Source of the DNA: Takakia lepidozioides
Lineage: Eukaryota > Plantae > Bryophyta
Direction: 5' to 3'
Length of the DNA: 64,000 nucleotides
Assembly (NCBI GenBank): GCA_030704615.1
Contig: CM060732.1
Span: forward strand, 23,560,001 to 23,624,000
The translations under genes were made by a program, and so were the position numbers. This document shows, in pieces, positions 10,205-29,700 of this stretch. Below the pieces are notes generated by a model. The model saw nothing but the letters and a program-made list of their open reading frames with translations. It did not search any database and was not told the DNA's origin. The first letter of the stretch is position 1. Every line of letters starts with the position of its first letter.

Positions 10205-11896
10205 TGACCTGGATCCTTTATGACAGCTCTGTCCTGCATCAATTTTCTCACCTTTGTTGTATCATCCCATCTTCCGGCTACAACATAGATGTTTGATAGC
10301 AGCACATACGTTGGAGCATGCAGTGGATCCCACAGGAGAAGGCATTTTCTTGCACGTTCTCATATCTCAACCTCACCATGAGCTCTGCATGCACCAAGCA
10401 ATGCCCCCCACACTGAAGGACCTGGTTTAATTGGCATATTGCTAATGAAGTCCTCTGCCTCATCCAACCGTCCTGCACGGCCAAGAAGGTCCACCATACA
10501 GTCAAAATGCTCCACAGTTGGATTGAGGCCATGATCTTACATCATGGAATCAAAGTAGTGTCGGCCTTTTGACACTAGGCCCAAATGGCTACATGTAGAG
10601 AAAAGACATATAAAGGTGATACAGTTTGGCTTCAAGCCTTCCTGTTGCATTTGTTCAAATAGTTGGAGGGCCTCCCAACCACACCCTTGCTGGCCATATC
10701 CTGCAATCATCACATTCCATGAGACCACATTTCGGTGAGCCATATTGTTGAACACTTGACGTGCTTCTTCTACGCTCCCACATTTTGCATACATGTCAAC
10801 AAGGTTGTTCTCCAAATTTATATAGGATGCAATTCCAGCTTTCATGATGTCCACATGGACCTCTGTCCCCTTTTCCAGGGCTGCCAGGATGGCACATGCA
10901 CTGAGAATGCAAATGAACGTGACCTTGTCAGGCTCCATGCCACCCTTTATCATTTGTTCATACATCTCAACAGCCTCCGTACCAAACCCATGCCGAGCAT
11001 ATCCTGTGATCATCGCGCTCCATGAGACGACATTTGGTTTGAAGCCTTCCTGTTGCATTTGTTCAAATAGTTGGAGGGCCTCCCCAATACAACCATGCTG
11101 AGCATATCCTGCTATCATTGCATTCCATGAGACCACATTCCGTTCTGCCATAGAGTCAAACACTTGACGCGCATCCTTCATGTTCCTGCATTTGGCATAC
11201 ATGTCGACGAGTGCAGTCTCCAGAATGATATCTGGTGCAATTCCAACTTTGAGGATGACAACATGGACCTCTTTACCCTTCTCCAGGGCTGCCAGGCTGG
11301 CACATACATTGATAATGCAAATGAATGTGACCTTGTCAGGCATGACCCCTTCCTGTCTCATCCGTTTATACATATTTAAAGCCTCTCTACTGAACCCATG
11401 CTGAGCATGTCCTGCTATCATTGCATTCCATGACACCACATCTCGCTTAACCATATTGTTGAACACTTGGCGTGCATCATTGATGCTCCCACATTTGGCA
11501 TACATGGCAATGATGGTATTCTCCAGTATGATATCCGGAGCAACTCTAGCTTTGATGATATTAGAATGGACCTCTTTACCCTTTTCCAGGGCTTCAAGGC
11601 TGGCACATGCATTCAGAACACAAATGAATGTGACCTTATCGGCTATCACCCCTTCCTGTATCATTTTTTCATAAATCTTGAAAGCCTCCGTACCACACTA
11701 ATTCCGAGTATATCCTCCGATCATCACATTCCATGAGACAACATTTCGTTGAGACATAGTGTCGAACACTCTTTGGGCATCCTTCATGCTCCCACAGTTG
11801 GCATACATGGCAGCAAGGGCAGTCTCCAGAATGGTATCTGGTGCAAGTCTAGCTTTAATAATGTTAGCATGGATCTCTTTGCCCTTTACTAGGGCT
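10205..11896 (-). pseudogene. PLS-class PPR pseudogene with E domain (RNA-editing-factor type), truncated at both ends
   Basis: Repeating VVSWNAMIAGYAQHG / PDKVTFICILSACA / ALVDMYAKCGS triplets, then HFDCMVDLLGRAG, VWGALLGACRAHG, YVLLSNIY, KDPG. In-frame stops near 11700, 10537 and 10360. No introns; no E+/DYW. Confidence 0.9.
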
Positions 11897-12959
11897 CACA
11901 AGCGCTTTTATTTAGAAATTGGCAAATAGAATCTTCCCAGTAGGAGCCTTCCTCACTGACTGCGATCCTTCTTACCTTCTTTGTACCTGCAGATCCGAGG
12001 AAACCATCGAATATTGTCTAGTTTACTGTTTCCTCTCTGCTAGAGTTTGGCGTCTTGTGACAGGCTTCTATAGCAATTGGGATCCTGTCCCAAGTCTCTC
12101 CCCTCTTCTCTTGCTTCTTAATTTGCACAATGGCTCAATTTGGAGCACCTACTCTGTATGGGCCTGCCTCAGAGCTCACACTCTCTGGACCTTGTGGAAA
12201 GGTAGATGTGCTTTCGTGTATGATGGGAAACGTCCCAGTATCAGACTCATCTTGCATAGATTATATGCTGATCTGATGACGGAGGGGCGTAATGCTTGGG
12301 TGTCTCTGCAAACAGCTGCTTGCAGGTGCAACGAAAGGAGGAGTCAACAACTCTTCGCGGCTTTCGACCTCTCCTGGGCAAAAGGCGATATACTTTGCAC
12401 CGGGCTCTCTGATTCTAGAATCTTCTGGAATGATCAACTCCCCCGGCAATGGGAAATCTCCAATTGACACCGATATCAACTAGTGTCACCAGAAGCTACG
12501 TCTTCCAAAATCCAAGGCTCATCTCGACTTCGGTGCTGCTTAGTTCTTTCTTCATCAGTTTGAACCTTGATTCCTTTTTACGGTTATGGCTTGTGCCCGC
12601 CTACCCTCCTCCCCCCTTCCCTTTGGGTGTTCCCCATGTGTTATGCTTCAAGGCCCCCTAAGAGGTTATTTTTTCCTCTTCTTGTAGTCCGCACTCTTTT
12701 AATAAACTTCCAGGGTCACCCTTCCAGTTCCCCTAAAAAAAAGGGCTAACTTAATACCCATTAAATATTTTGAAAATAAAATCGCTCCTTGCCACCATAC
12801 TATACCTCCACTTCCCAGGGAATGGAACAACCTGTGTCCTCTTCAACTGCAATGCTCCATGCAAATTGGTTCCATGGCCAGTTTAGGTTTTCCTTACTCT
12901 GCCCCTTCTTAACCCTAGCCAGGTCCCATCGACCCCCATACAGACCCGAATGAAAACCT

Positions 12960-13359
12960 GCCACGTCATCTATGAGTGCAAGTCCCGCAGTCTGACTGGA
13001 CATGTCCGTGACGTTTCAGAATCTTTGGGGGACTCTTTTCACGCTGCCACGTTTCCTGAAATGCTACACCTGCACACGTGGCACAGCTCATGGTGGGCCC
13101 TCACTGGCGCGACTGCTCCGTGGCATCCAAGGTACGTGGCGTATTTCCTGGGTGCCACGTAGGAGGGTGGTAATACTGGGGAGCAGAGATCCGACAATGA
13201 TGCCCATCGTATTTCTCCTAGCGAATGTATGAAGACACATTGTCGGATAGTCTTCATACGTTCATCCAACACAACGAGCATAAACCATAAGCTTTGCTAG
13301 AACTGTTGGTCACGTGTTTGAAGACTGAGTGACGGGGGGCTGAGATGGGAGTGACACGT
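12960..13359 (+). promoter_or_regulatory. Cluster of ABRE/G-box elements upstream of glutathione reductase
   Basis: ACGTGGC on either strand at 12960, 13046, 13076, 13134 and 13154; CACGTG at 13311; GACACGT at 13353. Confidence 0.5.
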
Positions 13360-13712
13360 AAGCGATCCGCGAATGGGACGGCTGAGATGCGCCGAAAACA
13401 GGTGGTTACAAGCAAGCCAAGAGAGCGGGCCCTCGGGGCTCTGCTACTCTCTCGTTGCAAAATACGTTTGTTGGGGTTTTGGAGGGGGGGGGTTTTTGAA
13501 TGCAATTGTGAGGGCGTGCTCGGTTGCTTGAGGGATTTTGTGGTGGATTGTGGTGAGATGCGGGAAGGAAAGAGATCGTTTCAATTCTGAAAGCTGCTGG
13601 AGGTTTTTTGTCTCTCCCTTTCCCTCTCCCTTCGGTCATCCATGTGATCCCTGGGTGTCTTGACAAACCCGTCGGGAACTGTCTTGATTGAAGTCTGCAT
13701 TCATAGACAGGG

Positions 13713-19247
<5,535 letters not shown>

Positions 19248-20716
19248 AAGGGAGATATCTGGACGTGCATCTGTGGAGATAAAACCGTCTGCGACCTTCA
19301 CAAGGGACACTCCCTGCGGATTGCTACCTTCTTCACTTGTATCATTTAATTGTATGGAATGCTAGTTACGTGATCTTTGCACTTCTTGTGAATGCATGGC
19401 ACAGCAGAGGGAAGTTTTTTGGGTGGAACTCACCCATCGTCCAGAGAGTTTTGTACTTCACTGATCTCTTGCAGCACCACAAGCGAAGTTCATTTCACTC
19501 TGTCACTGTGGGGTATGCTATGCTATGCCATGTCTTCGACTTCGGCATTTGAAATTGGTAAGGTGATCTTGTACGTCACTTGGTTCTCTGGGAGTCTTAG
19601 CATGGGTACCCATTTATCCATCAATTGAAGTTGCGATTTGCCCAAGAGGCATGACGATTACCGAACGGGAGTGGTTTTACTGTGATGACTGATATCCTGA
19701 GTGGCTTCGCAGTAAATTAATGTGTTTGGATTTGGCAAATTATCAACAGTTCTGAAACTTCCACAGCAGAATTCAAAACTTAAGTCAAAGGCAGAAAAAA
19801 ACACTTGAAATGTTTTCTGTTCCCAAGATGGGGGCTGGTGTGATTTGTTAACCTTCATCGAAGGATGGAAATAAATGTGGCCTACAGTGGCACTGATTGC
19901 TTTGCTTGGTACACGGCCTGCTTTCATTTTTTTGCAAAGACTGTTTGTTGTACTACAGAATAATGTATCTCCTACCCTTATTACTTTCTCCTAGATAATG
20001 TGCAACCTCCATTTTGAGGAGACAGACAGAGCCATGGGCTTGCAAGTGTATGAAAGAAAAATGGAGGAAGAGAGTCCGAAAAGAGCAAGATATGACTGGA
20101 GAAGGGAAAAGGCGCATAAATGTCTGGAAAGACCAGAGATGTGATACAAAGAACATCCACGTACATATTTCAGATAGCGTCTGTCGACCTAATCAAAGTC
20201 TGTTGCAAATTTTTTCAATTACAACCGTCATGTTAGATCTACAATCTCTTCATACTCCTTGACTTTTCCTTTGCCAAATTTTCATCATGATGATCATACA
20301 CATTCACATGTAGTGCCAAAAAGTATTATAAGCAAATTATGAAGAGTGGTGAAGACGAAAAGATAAAGATAATCTGATTGAAATTTGGTTATGCATTTAC
20401 TGTATCTCAATGCTGGAGAATCATCTACCTGTAATGCAGCTCCTACAACAATTGGTACCATGAACACAAACTACCTGTCTACAATATAGTTTACAGTGCT
20501 GCCGCAAAAGGTTAGCAAGTTACAGCATGGAGCATTCAGTCAGCGAGTGACAGACTGAAAGAAGACCCTGAGACGGGGTAAACCAGCCCAAAATCCATTA
20601 GGCTATGCATCTATCCTGAGTCATGCAATTGATTCAGTAGTGTAATAAACAGCAGCACCTAGTGATGCTGACAATATCATTAGGGTTTTGAGAGAAAAAA
20701 TAAAAAAGCCATGGTT

Positions 20717-23700
20717 TCAATGGGGAAATCTTGACTTCAGAAAGGACATCAGTGTTTGCTGTCTGCTGACATCATTCCCACTCTCATGTTTCCTTCCTGT
20801 GCTGCTCAGGGACAACTGCCTCCGCTTTGGCAACTCGTTCTCCTGCAGGCAAGTGGATCTGTCAAATTGTCGTAACTAAGATAAGGATCTCTTTTAGCAA
20901 GGAGCACAAAACTTACTATATCACAGCAACCGACAACACACAAAACAGTTATCACCTATTACCTTGTGGATTGTCATCGGAGATCTGATTGTGTGATCCC
21001 ACTCCAAGCGCTCCCTCACCGTTGGGCGAGTACTTTGAGGTGATTGCGAAACCTGCTTCTGGGGGGTGGTTCTTTTTGAATACACAATATCTTTGATCAC
21101 AGTAGCCAATTGACGGTTTGTGATGCCTTCAGTGCTGCGAGGAGGTGAATCCTCAAACAAGCTACTTGGTGACCTTGTATCTCCCCTGGGATCTGAACTT
21201 TGGCCATTTTCTATGGAATGAAACGGGGCAGATTTTTTCCCTGAGACCTTCTTTCTTGCATGAACATGCAAAGCCTTGCCTTCCTGCCTCGGCTTCTTAG
21301 CTGCTGCAACAGAGCTCTTGGATATCTCTGTCGTGACAGTCAACCGTCCCTTCGAAGAGGGCATGGTCGATTGTGTAAGAGATTTCCTAGAGTTCTTCTG
21401 GGTCTCTTCTGGCAAAGACTTTGTGACCAATTTTCTGTAAGAAAACAACAGTGAAGTGAGTATAACAGGCTCATTAAACCAAGAGCTAGAGCCTAAACTG
21501 CAGTAGCTAAAAGGACATAATAGATGGTTCATTCTGCAAATTTGCTGAAAAGATCCTGCAATGTACAACTGTTCACCATTCAAAACCTCTGATATATGAA
21601 ACCGGCGAGGCAAACAAAACCAGTGTAGCAGATTTCTTTGTTGCAAATAAATGTTAACTTCATTCTGTAAGCTTCCAAAAGTCGAAGCAATGGGGTTGAA
21701 AGTTATACTGACCATCCTGGCCAACTGAAACAAATTTGACAGGTTGAGGAGCTTAGCAGCGCACCCCAGTGGATGTGTGCTCTACAGACAGCCCAACACA
21801 CTTCTCGTTGTAGAGTAGCACATTATAAAGAACATTTACCTCATTTCTGCAACACGCTTGCGAGAAGCCTCAGCAATGGCAGACTTCCTCTTCATTTCTG
21901 ACTCACTCAGTCCATTTGGGAGAGCTTCAATCAGCCTCTTTAACCTTGAGGCCAGTACCGAGTCAGATGGCATCTCTTCTCCTTCTCCCCTGCCCTCACA
22001 TATGCTTCCTTCATGTACCTGACAAGTCAAACTCATCAGCTACACCAGCAGATTTCAAGTCAGCACGGCATATTGTTCTAGTATGCTTACAATAAGCATA
22101 TCATGACATATCTACAGCAAAAATACATCATTTGGAGCAATCAATGTGCAAAACAAGGCTCTTGATGGGTTGTTGCAGGGTCCTTCCATCAGCATCTACA
22201 TGGGTGGTTTTTACTGAAGGATAGGCTGAGGGCTGGAAGTCGTTGACAATTCCCTGCTAAAAATGGCTATTGGATACCCTTTGAGGGCAGAGTCCACATG
22301 GAGTACTATCCCTCCTGTAGTGGGTTGTGGCCATAATGCTCACAAATGCCTGACAACAGAGCCAGTTTACAGGAAATAGAGTTTCGACTGCACACCGAAA
22401 TGCATACATTACTACAAAAGTGATACATGACACTGCCACTCACTGTGATGAATTCAGAGATAGCAAGTGGGAAGATAGACCAAGAAAGAAGGAATTCTAT
22501 AACATCCACAGGAACTTAAAATACCCATTAAAATACCACAGATGGACGACTGAGAGACAGGAATAGACTGCCCCATCGCAACCTAGCCTTACCTTGGCAG
22601 AAGATTTGAAATCACCACACTTGCTACTCGTAGATGCACTGAATCGCGCAACAAAACAAAGGCTGGAATCTGACCTGTTGAGCAACTTAAAAAATTTCAG
22701 TAATCTGAGCTAATTAGCTCTAGTTGCCACCTTTCTTGAAACAACTCATTGATTTTGTGAGAATATTGCATCCAATGGAGATAGCTCTCAGAAATGACAA
22801 GGGAAACAGTTATCTTACCAAACAAGGATTTACTGCAAGACCAGATTTAATCCAGTGAGTCAAGAAGGTTTCACCTCCTAATGTGATGCAAATGATGTGG
22901 AGAGGAAGCAAGCACTGTCAGGGTCAAGCAACATATTCTGTGCTGGTAGTTCTCTTAACCCCTTCATGGACATGCATGAGAGAAAACAACCAAATTATCC
23001 CAGGACTATTACAATCTGGACGGAAGAAACGTACTTCATTTTTTTGAAGTCCTTATGGCCATGCCTATGTGCACCCCTCAATAGATCTTCATCCTCTTGC
23101 TTCCCCCACCAAGCTGGAAGCTTCTTTGACCTGTATAGCCAATCATTACATGATGAGAAGACAATGTACTGGAAACATCTACAAACATGGAGAGATATTG
23201 CAGGATTTTTGCCACAGATCTCCTTGATTCACAATGTAAATAGCAAGTTTCAATGTCGACAGAAGATTTCACATACCTGAATGGCACATGAGGTGTAAAA
23301 TCAGCAGGTTGAGCCTGGAGGGCTTCAGCCAGCACTTGACGCTCATGCAGCAGCTGCAAGTACCTGTCAAAGCAGCCAGCAACATCTACTAAAAGATCCT
23401 TGCACACAAGTACAGTAAAAATGAACATGTAATGTAGCAGTGGAGAACCACAGCTTCACAGCAAAGTAGAAAAACATCAGTTATGCAGGACTTGTCAATG
23501 AAGAGCATTCCTCCCGTTCTTGCCCTTCCACCATTCTCCATTCCCCAAAAAGTTACACCTGAAACATATTCTCAAGCACTTGGTCAACAGGATCAAGATT
23601 AGAAATGTACCGTGAGGCACTTTTTTGAAGCCGCTCTTTGAATGCTCGGGACTGCATGGCCCTTTCCACTAAGGCAGGCGGAATGGGGGGCTCTAACTGG

Positions 23701-26700
23701 GCACTAATTGACCCTTTTGCTCTAGCCATGTCCATGTTTCCCCCAGGATCCCCAGCAGCAATGAGCCTCTCCTTCTCCAAGTCCAGCTCACTTCGAACCT
23801 TGTGTGCACCCTGAATCTGAGTCTCTTCAAAGATAGTGAACCTACATTCTTCATTTCCAACTGTGGGGATTATCTGTTTCAAAAGGCCACCGGTCTCATT
23901 CAGATTTGATTGTTCACTCTTTAAATTACAATTGAGGTTTGCTAGACATGATGTTGGGGATCCCACCTGATGTTTGTGCTTTATTTGATTGTTTTGAAGC
24001 CCATTGTTTGGTGAGTTGCCATTTGAAGGGGGTGGTTGACAGGCTTCTGCTTCGTTGTTGACTTTTGTATAATGGCATAACTGGATCAAGGTTTCAGAGA
24101 CCTTCTCGACCTCCTCCAAGCTCCTATATTGCAATCGGGCTTCCTCAAGCACTTGCTCTGCACACACAAGTTTGTTCATTTTCAAATTGACTGGATGCCA
24201 GGGGTTGTAAGGATTTGTGGGGTTGGTCAAGAACAGGCACATTAACTTCTAATGCCCAGGACATCTCGGAAACATGAACTAAAGCCATGCTGCTTCACCT
24301 GCATGACATCAGCAGAATATCACTTTGCCTTGCAATAAGTTAAAAAGAACATACGTGTCCGGCCCCTTCCCAGTGCAAACAGTCGATCCTCCAGCCGTTT
24401 GAGTTCTTGTTCTGACCACTGCCCGGAAAGATCTTCCCCAGAGTCCTCCAAGTCAATTGGATCTTCCTCATTCCTGTTTTTCGGTCCACCTTTCTTTGAC
24501 TTTCCTAATGCCTCATCCTCATCAGAAGAGTTCTCCCCAGATGATTGAGGATTTTCTCTGTAGTCCACCTTGCTTCTAGTCCGCTTGCGATGACCTGACA
24601 ACAAGGGGGCTGGTGCCTGTGCGGCGATAGCTTCCGCCACTGCCTTTTCATAGGCCTCAGGCAGCAGTTCCTGCCAGGTATCTTTTGAGCTATTAGCTGG
24701 GTTGACAGTATTCTCTTCAGCCCATCCAGTCTCGGCTTCAGGATTGGATATGAATGTTGCAACAGAGAAGGTGTTGTTGCTACGCCTGCAATCCAATAAA
24801 CATGGTGCAAATGAGTGCTAGGTGTCGACAAGCATCATTAACAGTTTTATCATCCTCACCACTTTGGTTTCGAGACTGACATCGTTTGGTCATCTCACAG
24901 CAAAGAGACAACCTCATCCCATAAATTGTGGCTCTTCTCCCTGAGAAAAAGGAGCAGGGGAAACGTCACAGGGCTCCAGCACATATAACAAACAGAAAAC
25001 CAGGTTAAAAGGCATGCAAGGAACTAAGTAAACCTGTGATGCTACAAACTGGAATGGCAATAGAGAGAGTTTTGGGCCAACAATGTCATCAGAGCAGACT
25101 CTTGTGAGTGAAAGTGTGGTAACTGGTAAGTTCACCGCTAGAGGTTAGGAAGAATATTGAACAAGCCATCAAAGACATGCAACGCAAACTGGCCACAGGT
25201 GGATGTGTCGTCTGTAAAGAACATACCCTCCAATCTGCCGCTGCTGAGTCCTCTGTTGCAAAATCTGGTCAATGTTCTGGGTACTGAACTCTGCTGCTGC
25301 TGCCTCTCCGTCATCCTGCAGAAAGTCCATGAAGTTAATTGGAAATCAAAATCTACTTCAATCCCAGATCCAGCCTACCTGCATGCAACACCCACACCAT
25401 AGGACTGCCCTATAACTACTGATGACATCTGAGTGAATGCTATACATGCTAGCTCAAAAGGCTAGTGAGCATGGTCTGTTATTCCCAAGCCTTGGTCCTA
25501 CTCCCTCCCCATCTTCCTGGCTCCCTCCATACCTTGAGCATGTCATACGCGCCATTTTTGAGTAAACTCTCAATGTCTTTACTGTTTTCCTGGTCACCAT
25601 CAGCTCCCAACCGATTCCCTAGAATGGCCTCATCGAGTCCATACTTTCGTGATGAGCACTCAAATAAGTGCTGCTCATATGTCTTCCTGGTGATGAGACG
25701 GTAGATTTTAACATCTTTGGTTTGGCCAATCCTGGAAATCAGACAGGATGACAGCTCTAGTCAGCCCTCTTTTGTACATCTTCAGTGGTTCACGTGAAGA
25801 GTTTGCTGGAAACAGGGACAATATTTCTCTTTGAATCTCCAGTGAACATGATCAGTTTTCTTTTTCTCCCTCCTCAACCAAGGAGGTAATAAGCTTTGTT
25901 CTTCTCTCATCCAAAGAGCTTCTTGGCCCTCCATGGACATCGTAAATTTTCTCTCTTGAAGGAAAGGAGAAGCAAAGATCAAGAATGGGGAACCTTGTGC
26001 AAACAATCAGGACCTGGACTGGTTAAATGCAAGAGTTGAGGCTCTCCTGTACAGACTCATGATTTCAAGTTGACAGCGAGGAAACACTACCTGTGACATC
26101 TAGCCATTGCCTGGAGGTCATTCTGAGGGTTCCAGTCTGAGTCGTAGATGATACATGTGTCTGCCTGTAGATGCAAGAGAGGAATACCATCCTCAGATGT
26201 TCATCATACACAGCAATAGCCATCTCATTTGTTCTATACAGAAACGATCAACTGTTTATAAGGTTCTTTACAGAGCCATACTTGGGACCTCTTGATATGT
26301 TTTGCAAAGAGTTTTGATCCCTTCCCCTTCCAAGCAACATAGGTCTGAATGCCAGGCACAGTTGCCTCTCCTGGCAGCCAATCACAGAGCTTATATTTGG
26401 TGACAATTTTCACAACAAGCTATTATAGGTTTCCATAAGCGAAAGGATCAGGGCATAGTGGTAGACTCACAGCTGTAAGAGTGATTCCCAAGCCGCCAGC
26501 ACGGGTACTCAGTAAGAAGATAAAGATACTGCTGTCCTTTGCTGAGAAGCGATCAATAGCCGCCTGCATGTATACACATCCATAACATGGAAAGAAGTTG
26601 GTGCATATTCAAGGAATAGGTCTACAATTGTGCACCTCAATCCTTTGGAAATTCGACACAGAAGGCTTGTGACCAGTGAACCACGTGGATATGACGATGA

Positions 26701-29700
26701 ACTCTCAATGAACATATCAGGTGTTTCCACCAAACTTTTGGTGATCATATGGTCCTACCCCACTATCCTATCTATAAAACATGCAAAAAGCTCATTGGAG
26801 GTGACATCTATGCATGGAAGCCTCTTAACTGTGGAGAATACATGTCTCCCTTCCGCATCTAGATAAAAGTCAAGTCACACCTGTCGCTCAGACCCACGAA
26901 TTTTCCCATCAATTCGCTCAAAAGAGTAACCCTTTGATACGAGATAGTCCTCAAGTAGATCCAGCATTATGGTGAACTGCCATACAACAATAGATGGGTT
27001 TGTCAAACTGTAGTCTTCCACATGGGCCTTTAGAGCCCGTCTGTGGATGTGACAAAGTTTCCTTCTTTGTAAGCATTGTTGTAACAATATCACCTTTGCC
27101 AAACATGAACTGATCTATTGCTGGAAGTGGACCTGGTACAGTATAAAGAGTAATAGATTCCCATTGAGCAGTGAAGAAAATTAGCCCATACCTGGGAAAA
27201 AATCAGAACACGCCGGCCAGCATCCTTCAGCTTTGGTAAAAGTTTGTCAACCAGTATCATCTTCCCTGAGCTTTGTTGAAGGAGATTCCTTGTAATATCT
27301 GAGGTATCACCATCCTGGAGACATTCTATTGTTAATTTGATCAAATTGACTACCTCAAGTTGTTGGACAGGGCATCTTGGATGTTTCTGCAATAGGTTCT
27401 GCATGTCACTCTTCCTCTGTTCAATGTAATCAAGCAAGTACAGGAAATAATCTCGTCAGCCGTGGAGGACTCATCATAGACAGAGGGATCTCTTAATTGA
27501 ACTCAGGACCTTCCAACACTAATTCCTTACAATTAGGTAAGGTCAGGGCTCTTACTTTTCCAGAGCCATGCTTCGAGATCAAGTTGTCTTCAAGGCCGTC
27601 ACAGAGGAAAGGATGATTGCACAGTTTTCGGAGTTCCATAGCCTGCCGCATATGAGAGGTATGTTGTGATACTAAGCTTACAAGATCAAACAAGCTTGCA
27701 TGAAAGCCGATGACAAATGGAAGAAATGAGAAACACATTGAAAGGGGCAAGATAATTTTAGGGCACAGCAACATGGATGCATTACTCTGACATTCCATAT
27801 ATCCCAAGTAACATTAGTAGTTTGTATTAAATTCAGCATATCATGTTGGTAAATCCTCTTGAACCTACGATCTAACCACATGTTTCAAATGAGTACAAGA
27901 GAGCATTTTGCAGATGATCAATAAACCTGCAGCCTGAGATAGATGAGCTTACCACATTCCGCAGGTTGGGCATATTGCTGCTTGAAGATCCCTTGAGTAA
28001 AGTGGAGATAGAGTTCTCATAAATTGCACGGTAGAATGTCCGCTGTTCCCTTGTCAGCTCTACCCAAACGATAGTCTGCCCATGCCAGGAGAAAAATGCC
28101 TTGGTCTCAACTACAAGCCTGATTCAGACTAGTTTTAAGTTCTCATCTCATTTGCATGGACTAAATATCTGAGCATTAGCACAAAAAAAGTTTACAGAGG
28201 TTGCACAGCCACCTCTTCCTTCTGAGGGATGCTCTTCTCCACATCCTCCTTCATGCGCCTCAACAGTCTGGGTCTCAATATATTGTCTTGAAGATCTTTT
28301 ATCTGGACAGAAATACCGAACATGTTAAACCGCTGGTTTTTTACACTCAACCATCTGCTATGGCTGAAGAACTAAAATGACATTCGAAATGACTAGCCAA
28401 CTGTAAGGTTACATTACAGATCTTGTGGTTAATGCATGACATAACCCATCTGCCTTGACACAAAACTGTTATTCTGTTCCAACACTTGAAGAAATAATGG
28501 AAACCGTCAAGTTAACAATGAAAACCTTGAAAAGAAAAACTACAATGAGATGAAGACAAGAACCGCTTTTTAGTGGGCAGACAATAGACACCTGTTCTGC
28601 AGCCTTGATGTCACCGTACTTCTCCAGGAACTCATCCTCTGACTCAAATTTCTCAGGGTCTAGCAGGTTTAAAAGGCTACTGCACAGGTCCAATGGAGAT
28701 AAACGCATCCAACTTAGCAGCAGTAATCATCATCTTTGGTTGCACAAGGGTGAAGGCAAAAGATGTAATATCCTCTATCCATCACCTCAGAGACTGATAC
28801 TGAAATACCTCTACCCTCTCTCTATAGGGGATAGTGCAGGCAATAGAACCACTATTATTGAAACCTTTGGCCATGAACGGGAGATGAAAGATAAGTTGGA
28901 AAGTAGGACAGTGCAAAAGCAGCATGTACTGGTCTATCTGATGAAGTTTCAATATCTAAAGAAAACACCTCCCTCTTCACCAGAAGGTCCTTGCTTTGAT
29001 TCACAGACTACAGGCATCGGCAGCTTACAATATCTCCTTTGTATTATTTTGGACAGGGGTGCCAGTGAGAAGGAGAAGCCCGCCGTTTCTGACAAGCAGC
29101 TGTTTTAAGGATTGTGTTGTCTTTGATTCCCTAGATTTCAGTCTGCAAGGCAAGTCAGAGGCACAATCATGCACATAATGGCTTGAAGACATACACGTAT
29201 TGACATGCCATTACTTTCATCATTAGTGACCACAACAATAATGAATGGGAGGCCACAAGGGATTTACTGTAATTTAGGCTCTGAAGTTTGCTTGGAGATC
29301 TCATACATTTGGTCCATGAAGCCCCTATGCACTCCTGCGGACAGAATAAACTCTGTTTCTTCTCTGTGTAAGGAATTTGTTTCCTTCTTCTGCTTTCTAG
29401 CCCTAACTGGCCCCCCCAATACAGACGTAAGGGCAAAAGACAAGGATATTTTGATTTACCGGTGGGCCTCATCCACAACAATGTACTGCCATGTCTCCTT
29501 GGCAAGTTTGGTTTGATCCTTCATGAGCATTTCAAAGCTGGTCAACAATATCTGCAAGCAGAGTAGCCAAACGGCAAACAGAAATGTAGACGTCAGAGCT
29601 TGTCGTCCAATCTTTTTTGAAATTGCTTCAATTCTTAACAACACTTCAAGCCAAACAGTGGTCTAAAAAAAGCTCACTTTGTTACTTGAATGTCCAATCA

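Larger units (their letters stand above)
4750..12743 (+). mobile_element. Degenerate L1-clade LINE retrotransposon (RT + zf-RVT), rearranged and interrupted by two insertions
   Basis: RT motifs KMPGLDGLPIEFF, RPITLLNTTYKIIAK, QFGFLKGR, FEKAFDNMDWSFL, SVRQG, YADDT, LKINWNKS (6386-7800). C-terminal WKKVWRD ... LC...ETIEYCLVYC..SARVW...W.LWK.R (9490-12467). AATAAA at ~12701 and a short A-tract at ~12736. Many stops and frameshifts; left boundary approximate. Confidence 0.9.

Noticed and set aside
10360-11702. In-frame stops in the PLS PPR as sites of U-to-C editing
   Set aside because: Such editing is organellar, and not all the stops are repairable to consensus residues. Truncation indicates simple decay.
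9513-11892. Helitron explanation for the PPR-bearing insert (starts TC, CTAG near the end)
   Set aside because: The CTAG is part of the PPR codons (A-L-V-K), there is no subterminal hairpin, and the flanks are not A|T.
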